Part shown: positions 11,777 to 21,181 of the stretch, piece by piece | How positions within the stretch are numbered: position 1 is the first letter of the stretch | Layout: every line of letters begins with the position of its first letter | Assembly: GCA_046290225.1 (NCBI GenBank) | Contig: JBKAGE010000006.1 | Coordinates: forward strand, 1-64,000 | Direction: 5' to 3' | DNA from: Bradymonadia bacterium | Lineage (GTDB): Bacteria > Myxococcota_A > Bradymonadia > UBA7976 > UBA1532 | DNA length: 64,000 nucleotides | Notes under the pieces: model-generated | What the model was told of the DNA's origin: nothing | Databases searched by the model: none | The model's input: the letters and a program-made list of their open reading frames with translations, nothing else | Program-made: the position numbers and the translations under genes

Positions 11777-12663
11777 TGGACCGGCCCGAGGGCGTCGGTA
11801 CAGACCCGTTGGCTCTGACCGACGCAGTGCAACCAGGGGCAGACCTGCTCACCTGGGATGGGCACCTGACTGATCTGACGATCGAGCGCGTGCTCTGTGC
11901 TGACTTGAACGCTCAAGAGCAGGCCGTGGTGCGGACGCACGTGCAGAGATGTGACGACTGCGCTGCAGATCTGCAGGCCATCGCCGAGGACGAGGGTTTG
12001 TCAGACGCCTCGCTGGTGAGCTTGCTCGGTGAAGCAGATACAGCCTCGACGGCGAAAGCCAGCGCTCCCCCTGCGACCACCCAAGGCAAAATCCTGGCAT
12101 TTCCCACAGTGGTGTTGAGCAGCCTCGCGCTCGCCGCGGCGGCCGCCCTGGTGTTGTGGATCACCCCTGGAGGGCAACCCACGACCGGGCAGCCGATCGA
12201 TCCTTCTCTCTCTGATCACATCGTACTCAAGGGCACCGACTTCGAATGGGAGGTCCACATCCACGACGGGTCGAGCGCCCAGCGCGCCCGTCACAACCAG
12301 CACGTGCGCCCTGGGGATCGCGTGGGTTTCAAAGTCTTGAGTCGCAAGGGTGGACACCTCGCCATCCTCGGCGTGGACGCCTCTGGCGCCACATATGTGG
12401 GCTACCCCCAAGGCAAGGCCCGCTCGGCACCGCTCTCTGCGGCAAAGGCCTTGAGCGACCTGCCCGACGCGCTGCGGTTCGACAGCGCCGGGGATCACGA
12501 GCGCCTCGTGGCGCTGCTCTGCCCGGCGCCTTTCTCCCTCGAAGAGGCACAGCGGCGTCTCGGCGAACGCGCCCACACGACATCTGATGCGCCGACCCCC
12601 TTGATCTGGCGCCAGTGCGACCAGAAAGAGCTGCGGCTGCGCAAGGGGTCGACACCCCAATGA
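11776..12663 (+). CDS. Zinc-binding (zf-HC2/ZAS) membrane anti-sigma factor with extracytoplasmic DUF4384-like domain
   Basis: HVQRCDDC (HxxxCxxC), single TM helix (LALAAAAALVLWI), LKG...VRPGDRVGF; TGATG coupling to ECF. Confidence 0.82.
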   Translation: MDRPEGVGTDPLALTDAVQPGADLLTWDGHLTDLTIERVLCADLNAQEQAVVRTHVQRCDDCAADLQAIAEDEGLSDASLVSLLGEADTASTAKASAPPATTQGKILAFPTVVLSSLALAAAAALVLWITPGGQPTTGQPIDPSLSDHIVLKGTDFEWEVHIHDGSSAQRARHNQHVRPGDRVGFKVLSRKGGHLAILGVDASGATYVGYPQGKARSAPLSAAKALSDLPDALRFDSAGDHERLVALLCPAPFSLEEAQRRLGERAHTTSDAPTPLIWRQCDQKELRLRKGSTPQ

Positions 12664-14228
12664 AGCTCTGGCTGCTCGCCCTCTCTCTTCTGGCCTTCGA
12701 GCTGATCGGGCCGGCGACGGCAGCGCCAGTCCGTTATGCCGTGGTCATCGGGGCCAACTATGGCGATCTCAGTGATCCACCCCTCACCTACGCAGAGCAC
12801 GACGCCGCTCGGGTGGCCGAGGTGCTGGGACGCCTCGGCGGGGTGGATCAAGAGCATGTCATCTTGCTCCGCAGCCCCACGGTCGGTGAGGTGGATCGGG
12901 TCATGTCCGGCCTCGGTGCCCGCATCACGGCGGCCCGCGCCGCCGGTGACGAGCCCGTGCTCTTCGTCTACTACAGCGGCCACGCCGACGCTGGCGGCCT
13001 GCACATGGGTGGCGCTCACCTGAGCTTTGCCCACCTCAAGGAGATGGCCACCGCGGCGACGCCGGAGGTCTCGGTCTTCATCGTGGACGCCTGTCGCTCT
13101 GGAGGGCTGACCCGCGTCAAGGGCGCGATGCCTGCGGATCCCTTCGAGATGAAGGTGGAGGATCGCCTCGACAGCGCCGGCGTGGCCATCATCACCAGCT
13201 CCGCCGTCGATGAAGAGGCCCAGGAGTCGGAGCGCCTCAAAGGCGGCGTCTTCACGCACCATCTGCTCAATGGGCTGCTCGGCGCCGCCGACGCATCTCG
13301 GGACGACGTCATCACCCTGAGCGAGGCTTATCGCTACGCGTATGCCCAGACACTCCGGGCCACGAGCAGCACCCGCTATGTGCAACATCCCACCTACGCA
13401 TTTCAGATGCGCGGCCGCGAGGAGCTGGTGCTCACCCGACTCAGTGGTCGGGCCGGTTTGGGTCGTATGCGCTTCCAGTCTCCAGGTCGGTACGTGGTGC
13501 TCGGAGACACGGAAGGCCGCATCTCCGAGCTGATGACCGAGGGGCCCACCGACATGCTGGTGAGCGCAGGGGGCTATCTGGTCCGCCGACGCGGTTCAGA
13601 AGCTGTTTACGAGGCTCAGATCGACATCCCCAGCGGCGGCGTCGGGGTGGTTCAGGCCGATCGCATGAGCCGCCGGCCCTATGGCCAGACCGTACGCAAG
13701 GGCACCCTCGATCGAAGCTATGTGATGAGCGTCTCCGGCGGCGCCGAGATCGGTGCGGCCCCCCTCGACGGCCTGTCGACGGGTCTATATGGCACCTTGG
13801 GGCTTCAGCTCGACCTGCAGTCGGTCACCCTACAGGGCCGCCTGCGATACGGCGCCACCGAGGGGGCGAATGCCGATCTCGCCCTCGCTCAGCAAGCGTG
13901 GGGGCTCGATCTCGGCGCGTACAAAGTGTTCGACGTGATCAGCAATGGTGGGTTCAACCTCGGCATGGGCCTCGGCGTGCGTCTCGGAGCTGATCTGCTC
14001 ACCCAACGCTTCGCGGGCTCTGCAGAGGCTGACGATCGACAGCAGGTCACGGCACGGGCTGCCCCTGTAGCCCGCTTGGAGATCGCACCCACAGCGGGCC
14101 TGCTCGGTACCCTCGACTGCGGTGTGGACACCTGGCTCATCGCCCGCCCCATCGATACAGGCGCTGAGCGCTACGACGTCACGCCAACCCCTTTCTGCAG
14201 CCTCGGGCTCGGGATCTATCTGCCATGA
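12660..14228 (+). CDS. Exported caspase-family (peptidase C14) protein with C-terminal beta-strand-rich, possibly outer-membrane, domain
   Basis: Signal peptide; RYAVVIGAN, FVYYSGHA (His), IVDACRSG (Cys), GGVFTHHLLNGLLGAAD; ATGA overlap with anti-sigma. Confidence 0.88.
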   Translation: MKLWLLALSLLAFELIGPATAAPVRYAVVIGANYGDLSDPPLTYAEHDAARVAEVLGRLGGVDQEHVILLRSPTVGEVDRVMSGLGARITAARAAGDEPVLFVYYSGHADAGGLHMGGAHLSFAHLKEMATAATPEVSVFIVDACRSGGLTRVKGAMPADPFEMKVEDRLDSAGVAIITSSAVDEEAQESERLKGGVFTHHLLNGLLGAADASRDDVITLSEAYRYAYAQTLRATSSTRYVQHPTYAFQMRGREELVLTRLSGRAGLGRMRFQSPGRYVVLGDTEGRISELMTEGPTDMLVSAGGYLVRRRGSEAVYEAQIDIPSGGVGVVQADRMSRRPYGQTVRKGTLDRSYVMSVSGGAEIGAAPLDGLSTGLYGTLGLQLDLQSVTLQGRLRYGATEGANADLALAQQAWGLDLGAYKVFDVISNGGFNLGMGLGVRLGADLLTQRFAGSAEADDRQQVTARAAPVARLEIAPTAGLLGTLDCGVDTWLIARPIDTGAERYDVTPTPFCSLGLGIYLP

Positions 14229-15412
14229 CACGCATCTCGTTGAAGGCGATTTCTCTGGCCATGGTGCTCGCGGGCTGTGGCGATCCGCTCGAAGACGCCA
14301 GCTACCGCGGCGAGCCCCTCCTGGTGCTTCAAGGCGAGGTTCGGGTACAGAGCACCGGCCTCACGGTGGACGAGGTGGCCGACTTGCCACAACCGGCCTC
14401 GGGCACGCTGCGAGTGGCCCTCTTCTGGTCCCGAGCGGCAGAGGCAGCGCAGCAGGTGAGCCTCATCGAGCAACAGGCGGTGACCACGTCGCGGTTCCCC
14501 GCCCGCTATGCCCTCTCCTTGTATTCGCCGCCGCCGATGGAGGTGATGGTGGAGGCGCCAGAGGGCAACGGTGAGGTCGCGGTGGGTCTGCTGCTGGTCT
14601 ACATCGACGCCAACGAAGACGGCCGCTGGGATCCGGCGACGGACAGGCTGGTGGGGGGCGCCCGCCAACGCGCCCTGGTTTACACCCCCAGCGGGGCGTC
14701 GAGCCCTTTCTTCGGCGATCTGCAGCCTGGTTACCACCGCGTCCGCACCGCCGCCGACGGTCGCGCCTGCTTTCAACAAGCGCACACCGACTTTCACAGC
14801 GAGACCGACAACGAGCTGCCGCTCTACATCGACATGACGTTCCCCACTCAGGTGCTCATCGATCTCGACTGCGACGGACACCACCTCGAGTGGTCATCGA
14901 TCTGCCCGAGCCCCGAGGCCCTGGCCTTGCAATGTCAGGGCACCGATCGCACTGGGGATCTGGTCTGGCAGTGTGGCACGTGCCCTCAATCCCCGCTCAC
15001 TGACATCTGTCCGCCCCCGACGACCCTGGTGACCGAGTGCCCAGGCCTCGACCCCATGCTCTGCGACGCGTGCCCCCGAGAGCCAGATCCCCAGCTCGAC
15101 TGCGAGCCGGCCTTCTCCGAGTGCCGCTCGGCACAACCCGAGAGCCCCCTGTGTGAGGGCGAATTAGCGATCTGTGTCGACGAGCTGAACGATCCGGTGC
15201 GCTGTCTGGACTATGCTGATGCCTGCTTCGCGGCCCCGGACCGCCAGGGTGCCTGTCTGCGCTTCTTCACCACATGCCACGAGGCTGCGCTGGGGGTGCC
15301 GCCCACCTTCGGAGCGACGTGCCGTTCGATCGGGGAAACGTGTTTGCAGCAGGGCGGTGAGATGGAGGCGTGTCGCCAACGCTTCGAGCGCTGTGCGCAG
15401 AGCAACGGCTGA
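14225..15412 (+). CDS. Lipoprotein with Cys-rich C-terminal half
   Basis: Lipobox LAGC; DANEDGRWD Ca-binding-like motif; many Cys; ATGA overlap with caspase gene. Confidence 0.8.
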   Translation: MTRISLKAISLAMVLAGCGDPLEDASYRGEPLLVLQGEVRVQSTGLTVDEVADLPQPASGTLRVALFWSRAAEAAQQVSLIEQQAVTTSRFPARYALSLYSPPPMEVMVEAPEGNGEVAVGLLLVYIDANEDGRWDPATDRLVGGARQRALVYTPSGASSPFFGDLQPGYHRVRTAADGRACFQQAHTDFHSETDNELPLYIDMTFPTQVLIDLDCDGHHLEWSSICPSPEALALQCQGTDRTGDLVWQCGTCPQSPLTDICPPPTTLVTECPGLDPMLCDACPREPDPQLDCEPAFSECRSAQPESPLCEGELAICVDELNDPVRCLDYADACFAAPDRQGACLRFFTTCHEAALGVPPTFGATCRSIGETCLQQGGEMEACRQRFERCAQSNG

Positions 15413-15428
15413 CCCTCGCTTTGCTTGG

Positions 15429-15463
15429 AGCGGACGGCCGTGCCTTTGGCACCGCCGTCCGCT
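15429..15463. repeat. REP-like palindrome, copy 1
   Basis: AGCGGACGGC-C-GTGCC-TTT-GGCAC-C-GCCGTCCGCT; near-identical copy at 59457-59495. Confidence 0.85.
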
Positions 15464-15506
15464 ACAGACGCAGCGAAGCGAAAGCTTTTGCTGGGTCGTC
15501 CGCTCA

Positions 15507-16202
15507 CTACATCCGCGCCACGGCGGTGATCATCTCTTCGATGACCCCTTCGTCGAGGGGGGCGTTCCGCCACCACCTGACCTGACCCTCACCGTCGACC
15601 ACCAGGAACAGTGGTAGACCCATACCCGCCCGCTCGATGAGACTTCGGGGAGTGAGCTTCACGTGGGCTTCGTCGCGTTGCCACAAGGGGTAGACCCACT
15701 GCGGCGCCCGGGGATCAGCCTTCACCTTCTTGAGATCGTCGACGGCCATACTCACCAGGGCGCCGTTCACCTGCTCGAGCTCGATCTGCAGCTGTTTGAG
15801 GTGGGCGAGCTCCTGTGGGGTCGTACAGGGCTTGCACCATGTGGCCCAGAAGGCCAGCACCACCCCTCGGGGGCGGCCGAGATGCTGCATGATCTTCTGC
15901 TTGCGGCCACGATCAGAGGTATGGGCCACCAAGGTGGCCTTGCCCAGATCGACCCGACCATGGTCGAGGGGCTTGAGCGATACGGGGCGGAACGGCGCCA
16001 TGCCTGCCCGCTGCTCTGCGAGACGTAGCCGATCTTTGAGGGCGGACATCTCTCCGCTCATCTTCTGCAGCTGGCCATTGAGCTGCACCACCTGCTGCTC
16101 AAGCTGGGCCTTCTGCCGGCGCAAAACCTCGCCCTCCCGGCTCTGAGCCGGGCCACCACACGCGATCAGGCACAGGGCGAGGGCCGCTGACAGAGCGCGC
16201 AT
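15507..16202 (-). CDS. TlpA/ResA-like thioredoxin-fold lipoprotein with N-terminal coiled coil
   Basis: Lipobox LIAC; FWATWCKPC; GLP cis-Pro loop; TGATG overlap with upstream OmpA gene. Confidence 0.82.
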   Translation of the reverse strand: MRALSAALALCLIACGGPAQSREGEVLRRQKAQLEQQVVQLNGQLQKMSGEMSALKDRLRLAEQRAGMAPFRPVSLKPLDHGRVDLGKATLVAHTSDRGRKQKIMQHLGRPRGVVLAFWATWCKPCTTPQELAHLKQLQIELEQVNGALVSMAVDDLKKVKADPRAPQWVYPLWQRDEAHVKLTPRSLIERAGMGLPLFLVVDGEGQVRWWRNAPLDEGVIEEMITAVARM

Positions 16203-17008
16203 CAAAAGACTGCGTCGTCAGATTCGTAGCAGGGGTAGGCGAAAATGAGGGCGCTGCGGTTGGCCTGCTTGGTGCTCAGGCGCTTGTTGGTGAGCCGCTC
16301 CACATCGAGGTCGGTCAGGTACATCTTGCTGTGACCATAGGTGATGTAACCCACCTTCGTCTTGTCGAGGCCGATCTGACCCACCATGTACTGGCGGGTG
16401 TGCTCCGCGCGCTTGAGGGCAAGCTCGAGGTTCTTGCGCCACGGGCCGTCCTTGCTGGCGCGGCCCACGATGATGACGTAGCCCTTCTCGCCCCGCAGGT
16501 TCTCGATGAACCGCTGCATCTGGGCTTTGTCCGTGGCGTCGAGCTTGGTGCCGTTGGCGGGGAACGTGATCAATGTGTGGGGCAGCCGCCGGGTGAGCAG
16601 CATGTACTGATCACGGCTGATCTGCTCTGCCTGATCGACCTGCTTGCACATGCCCTGATGGCAGGCGCTCACCACCTCGTTGACGTGCTTGACGAACTCT
16701 TCCTCGCTGCAGAACGCCTCACGGGCATAAATGGCCCGAGCGTGGATCTCACAGGCGTGATGATCGGGGTAGTCGGCGCAGATGGAGGAGAGCCGCCGCT
16801 TCTGATCGTCGAGCTGGGTCTGGGTGCTCTGCAGCTGCTCGGTGGCGTCGAGGAGCTCCCGGGTCTTCTCTTCGTACTGGACCTGGGTGATCTCCTGGTT
16901 GTCGGCATACGGATCATCCTCAGGGCCCGTCTGGGCCCCGCCACAGGCGCTCAGCCCGAGGGCGGCGAGGGTGCATGTGATCGAAATGCGTGCGCGCGAG
17001 TTCAGCAT
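16202..17008 (-). CDS. OmpA-like (peptidoglycan-binding) domain lipoprotein
   Basis: Lipobox LSAC; VGRASKDG...NLELALKRA...NRS. Confidence 0.78.
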   Translation of the reverse strand: MLNSRARISITCTLAALGLSACGGAQTGPEDDPYADNQEITQVQYEEKTRELLDATEQLQSTQTQLDDQKRRLSSICADYPDHHACEIHARAIYAREAFCSEEEFVKHVNEVVSACHQGMCKQVDQAEQISRDQYMLLTRRLPHTLITFPANGTKLDATDKAQMQRFIENLRGEKGYVIIVGRASKDGPWRKNLELALKRAEHTRQYMVGQIGLDKTKVGYITYGHSKMYLTDLDVERLTNKRLSTKQANRSALIFAYPCYESDDAVF

Positions 17009-17135
17009 GAGGGCTCCCGCTGATGAGGGGTTTGCCTCGATTAGCGCTGAAACAGCGGTGGGGGTCAATCTTTGGGGGACTCAGGTGGGTAAAGAGGCCC
17101 GCTCTGTCGGGTGAGGGCCTCTCAAGACGCTGGGC

Positions 17136-17909
17136 TTACTCGCCCTCGGTCTTCTCCTCTGCGGGGGCGGCCTCTTCGGCCTTCTCGGCAGGTGCGGCCT
17201 CGGCGGGCGCAGCCTCAGCAGCCTTCTCTGCAGGTGCGGCCTCGGCTGCCCCCTCTGCGGGCGCAGCCTCTTCGCCAGCGGGCGCAGCTTCCTCAGCGGG
17301 CGCGGCCTCAGCGGGTGCAGCCTCTTCAGCCTTCTCGGCTGCAGCCTCTGCAGGCGCGGCCTCTTCAGCCGCAGCGCCGGCCTCGGCAGGGGCATCGCCA
17401 GCGGCCTCGGCGGGGGCCTCTTCACCCTCCGCGTCGGCCTCTTCGCCCTCGACCTTGCCCTTGATCTTCACCCGACCTTCGGTCTCCTCTTTGACGCGCT
17501 TTTTGATACGCCGCTTCCGCTGCTTGGCGGCGGCCTTCTTCTTACCCTTCTTCGTGGCCCTCTTCGCGGCCTTCGCGCCCTTGTTGGCGGCGATGGCCCT
17601 CTGAGCTGCGGTGCGGGCCTTCTTGGTCATGCTCATGGCCACCTTGCCGTTGCCCTTCTTGAGGGCGGCGCGGGCTTTCGCCTGAGTCTTCACAGCTTCG
17701 GCGAGGGCGCCCTTGGCCTTGCCACCCTGGGCCACGGCCCTCTTGGCGTCCTTGATGATCGACTGGGTCTTGTCGATCTGGGCCCTGGGGGCCTTGAGCT
17801 TGGCATTGCCTCGCTTGGCCCGCTGCATCTGGGGCTCGGCAGAGGCCGACATCGGGGCCACAACGAGGCCCGCGGTCATCAGAAAAATCAGCGCAAAAAT
17901 TCGGCGCAT
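17136..17909 (-). CDS. Exported protein with Lys/Arg-rich N-half and Glu/Ala/Pro-repeat acidic tail
   Basis: Signal peptide ending ASA; GAGGAG RBS; EAAPAE repeats. Confidence 0.75.
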   Translation of the reverse strand: MRRIFALIFLMTAGLVVAPMSASAEPQMQRAKRGNAKLKAPRAQIDKTQSIIKDAKRAVAQGGKAKGALAEAVKTQAKARAALKKGNGKVAMSMTKKARTAAQRAIAANKGAKAAKRATKKGKKKAAAKQRKRRIKKRVKEETEGRVKIKGKVEGEEADAEGEEAPAEAAGDAPAEAGAAAEEAAPAEAAAEKAEEAAPAEAAPAEEAAPAGEEAAPAEGAAEAAPAEKAAEAAPAEAAPAEKAEEAAPAEEKTEGE

Positions 17910-18203
17910 GGTGCACTCCTCCTCAAAGGGCGCGACCGGTTTTGGTCGCTGGCCGGCACTACGCCACGACCTCTGAGCCTATTCAATGCTTTTGAAACGT
18001 TTTGCGTCGTACACCACACAGCCCCGAGGGGTTCGGTGTTTTGACTTGCGGGGTTGTTGTATTGAGAGGCCCTCCAAAAGCACCTGAATCCGACAGGCCG
18101 GCTTTTGAGGGAAGGATGAAGGCCCCATCATCGTCAGGGCTTGCCGGAGAGTGACTCGAGAGATACTCGGCGGATCTGGGCCGCTGACAGGAGGACAGGC
18201 GAA

Positions 18204-18818
18204 ATGAACAACAAGATGCTGGCGATCACCCTCGCAGCCCTGGCCCTGCCAGGCCTCGCCGAGGCCCGAAAGTTCACCTTTGGTGTGGGCGGACTTCTGG
18301 GCTTCAACGGTGATCTCGATGTCGATGAAGTGAAGATTGAGGGCAACGGCAATCGGGGCACAGATGACGACATCGAGAGCATCCGCGGCATCGTCGCCTT
18401 CGCGGAGACCCCACTCAACCAGCCCAATCTCCGCGTCGGCGCTCGCCTCGCCTACATCACCTCGGAAGGCGACGACAGCGACTCCGACATCACCACAATC
18501 GACGTCGGCGCTCAGGGTCGCTACCTGTTTCCTCAGAAGGGGTTCACCCCCTTCGTCACCGGCGCCCTGGGGTTGAGCCGCTTCAGCGCCGAGGGTGACT
18601 TCTTCAACGTCAACAACGACGTTGAGGCCGAAGCCTGGGGCTACCACCTGGTGCTCGGGGGCGGCGCGGAGTGGAAGCTCGACAGCGTCTCGCTCTTCGG
18701 CACCTTCACGTACAGCCGCCACGCCGGCTCACCGGAAGGCGAAGAGCAGAACACCGAGTTCACCTTCGAAGACACAGTACTCACCGCATTCCACCTCACG
18801 GTGGGTGTGCTCTTCTGA
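18204..18818 (+). CDS. Outer-membrane beta-barrel protein (8-stranded OmpA/OmpW-like)
   Basis: Signal peptide, alternating amphipathic strands, C-terminal Phe; GGAGG RBS. Confidence 0.8.
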   Translation: MNNKMLAITLAALALPGLAEARKFTFGVGGLLGFNGDLDVDEVKIEGNGNRGTDDDIESIRGIVAFAETPLNQPNLRVGARLAYITSEGDDSDSDITTIDVGAQGRYLFPQKGFTPFVTGALGLSRFSAEGDFFNVNNDVEAEAWGYHLVLGGGAEWKLDSVSLFGTFTYSRHAGSPEGEEQNTEFTFEDTVLTAFHLTVGVLF

Positions 18819-18865
18819 GGCCTGCCCGACGCTGATATGCTCCGCTCGATTTCAGCGGAGTATAC

Positions 18866-21181
18866 ATGGCCCCCCCACCGAACGACGACACCCCCCAGGC
18901 ACAGCCCCCACTCGAAGAGGCTCCCCCAAAGCTGACCGCCCCAAAGCAGGTGGCTGGCGGCGCTGCCGCGGTGCGCTCAGCCTTGCGACATGCTCAGGCA
19001 CAGATGGGGAGCGTGCGGGGGCTCAAGACCCTCGCCCGGATGAACCAGTTCGACGGCTTCGACTGCCCGGGGTGCGCGTGGCCCGACGCCGATGATCATC
19101 GGTCGAGGGCGGCGGAGTATTGTGAAAACGGGGCCAAGGCCATCGCCGAAGAGGCCACGGTCAAGCGCGTCGATGCATCGTTCTTCGCCGCCCACAGCGT
19201 GAAGCACTTGGCCACTCAGAGCGATTACTGGCTCAGCCAGCAAGGGCGCCTCACCTCGCCCATGGTGCTCGAGCCTGGTGCCACTCACTACACCCCCATC
19301 AGCTGGGATGATGCTTTTGGCACCATCGCCGAGCACCTGAACGGGCTGTCGAACCCCGACGAGGCCATCTTCTACACCTCAGGACGCACCTCGAACGAAG
19401 CAGCATTCCTGTATCAGCTGTTCGTGCGGCAGTACGGCACGAACAACCTGCCCGACTGTTCGAACATGTGTCACGAGTCGAGCGGCACCGGCCTCGGCGA
19501 AGCCATCGGCATCGGCAAGGGCACCGTCACCCTCGGCGACTTCGAGAAATCCGATTTGATCTTCGTGATCGGTCAGAACCCCGGCACCAACCACCCACGC
19601 ATGTTGCTGGCGCTGCAGGGGGCCAAACGGGCCGGGGCGCGCATCGTGCACGTGAACCCGCTCCCCGAGGCGGGGCTGATCAAGTTCAAGAACCCCCAGG
19701 AGGTGGGCGGTTGGCTCGGCGGGGGCACAGCACTCGCTGATCTGTTCCTGCAGGTGCGCATCAACGGCGACGTGGCCTTGCTGAAGGGGATCATGAAGGC
19801 CCTCATCGAGGCGGAGGACCGTGAGCCCGGCGCCGGCGTGAACGGCGCCTTCATCGATGCCAAGACCGAAGGGTTCAGTGCCTTCGCCGACGATCTGCGC
19901 CAGACCCGATGGTCGGAGATCACCGAGCGCTCCGGCCTGGACGAGCAGTCGATCCGTGGAGCTGCGGCTCTGGCCATGGAGACCGATCGCATCATCATCT
20001 GCTGGGCCATGGGGCTCACCCAGCATCACAACGGCGTGGCCAACGTGCAGAGCTGCGCCAACCTGTTACTGATGCGGGGGGCCATTGGCCACGAGGGCGC
20101 CGGGGCGTGCCCGGTCCGAGGCCATTCGAACGTGCAGGGCGATCGCACCATGGGCATCTGGGAGAAGCCCAAGCCGGCGTTCCTCGACGCCTTGGGCGCT
20201 CACTTCGACTTCGAGCCCCCGCGACATCACGGCGTCGATGCCGTGAACGCCATCAAGGCCATGCATCGCGGCGACGGCAAAGTGTTCTTCGCCATGGGGG
20301 GCAACTTCCTGTCGGCCACCCCCGACACCGAGTACACGGCAGACGCTCTGCGCCGCTGCGATCTCACGGTGCAGGTGTCGACGAAGCTCAATCGCAGTCA
20401 CCTTGTCACCGGCAAGCGGGCCATCATCCTGCCCTGCCTGGGTCGCACCGAGCGCGACGTACAGCCATCTGGGGTTCAGTTCGTGAGCGTGGAGAACTCC
20501 ATGGGGGTGGTGCATCAGTCCAACGGCACCCTGCCCCCCGCCTCTGACGATCTGCTCAGCGAGCCCCGGCTCGTGGCCCGCCTCGCCGAGGCCACCCTCG
20601 GGGATCGCTCCTCTGTGCCCTGGAGCACCCTCGCCGACGATTACGACCGGATTCGGGCGGCCATCGAGGCGGTGATCCCAGGTTTTGACGACTACAACGT
20701 AAGGGTCAGAGCGCGCGGGGGTTTCTACCTGCCCAACGGCCCGCGACACGGTGAGTTTTCCACAGAAAACTCAAAGGCAAAGTTTACGGTGCACCCCATT
20801 CCTGTTCACCTCCTCGAAGAGGACGAGCTGATGATGATGACGGTGCGCAGTCACGACCAGTACAACACCACCATCTACGGCCTCGACGACCGGTACCGCG
20901 GGGTGCTCGGCGGCCGACGGGTGGTGTTCATGCACCGCGACGACATGGCCGCCCGAGGGCTCTCTGCAGGAGACGCGGTCGATCTCACCAGCACCTACGA
21001 AGACGGGGTGCGGCGGGTCGAGGCGTTCTATGCGGTGCCTTACGACATCCCTCGGCGGTGCGTGGCCACCTATTTCCCCGAGGCCAACCCCCTGGTGCCG
21101 ATCCACCAGGTGGCTCGACGGAGCAACACCCCGGCGAGCAAGCAGATTCGGGTGCGGGTGCACCCTCGGAGGCCTGCGTGA
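18866..21181 (+). CDS. FdhF/YdeP-family molybdopterin oxidoreductase
   Basis: GFDCPGCAWPD, EYCENGAKA, NNLPDCSNMCHE, RGHSNVQGDRTMG, RSHDQYNTTIYG. Confidence 0.93.
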   Translation: MAPPPNDDTPQAQPPLEEAPPKLTAPKQVAGGAAAVRSALRHAQAQMGSVRGLKTLARMNQFDGFDCPGCAWPDADDHRSRAAEYCENGAKAIAEEATVKRVDASFFAAHSVKHLATQSDYWLSQQGRLTSPMVLEPGATHYTPISWDDAFGTIAEHLNGLSNPDEAIFYTSGRTSNEAAFLYQLFVRQYGTNNLPDCSNMCHESSGTGLGEAIGIGKGTVTLGDFEKSDLIFVIGQNPGTNHPRMLLALQGAKRAGARIVHVNPLPEAGLIKFKNPQEVGGWLGGGTALADLFLQVRINGDVALLKGIMKALIEAEDREPGAGVNGAFIDAKTEGFSAFADDLRQTRWSEITERSGLDEQSIRGAAALAMETDRIIICWAMGLTQHHNGVANVQSCANLLLMRGAIGHEGAGACPVRGHSNVQGDRTMGIWEKPKPAFLDALGAHFDFEPPRHHGVDAVNAIKAMHRGDGKVFFAMGGNFLSATPDTEYTADALRRCDLTVQVSTKLNRSHLVTGKRAIILPCLGRTERDVQPSGVQFVSVENSMGVVHQSNGTLPPASDDLLSEPRLVARLAEATLGDRSSVPWSTLADDYDRIRAAIEAVIPGFDDYNVRVRARGGFYLPNGPRHGEFSTENSKAKFTVHPIPVHLLEEDELMMMTVRSHDQYNTTIYGLDDRYRGVLGGRRVVFMHRDDMAARGLSAGDAVDLTSTYEDGVRRVEAFYAVPYDIPRRCVATYFPEANPLVPIHQVARRSNTPASKQIRVRVHPRRPA

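Noticed and set aside
16620..16790. c-type cytochrome heme motif in the Cys/His-rich OmpA-like protein
   Set aside because: No CxxCH present (SACHQGMC and HHACEIH do not match)
18866..21181. Selenocysteine-containing formate dehydrogenase
   Set aside because: No in-frame TGA; the motif is CSNMCHE (Cys), YdeP-type
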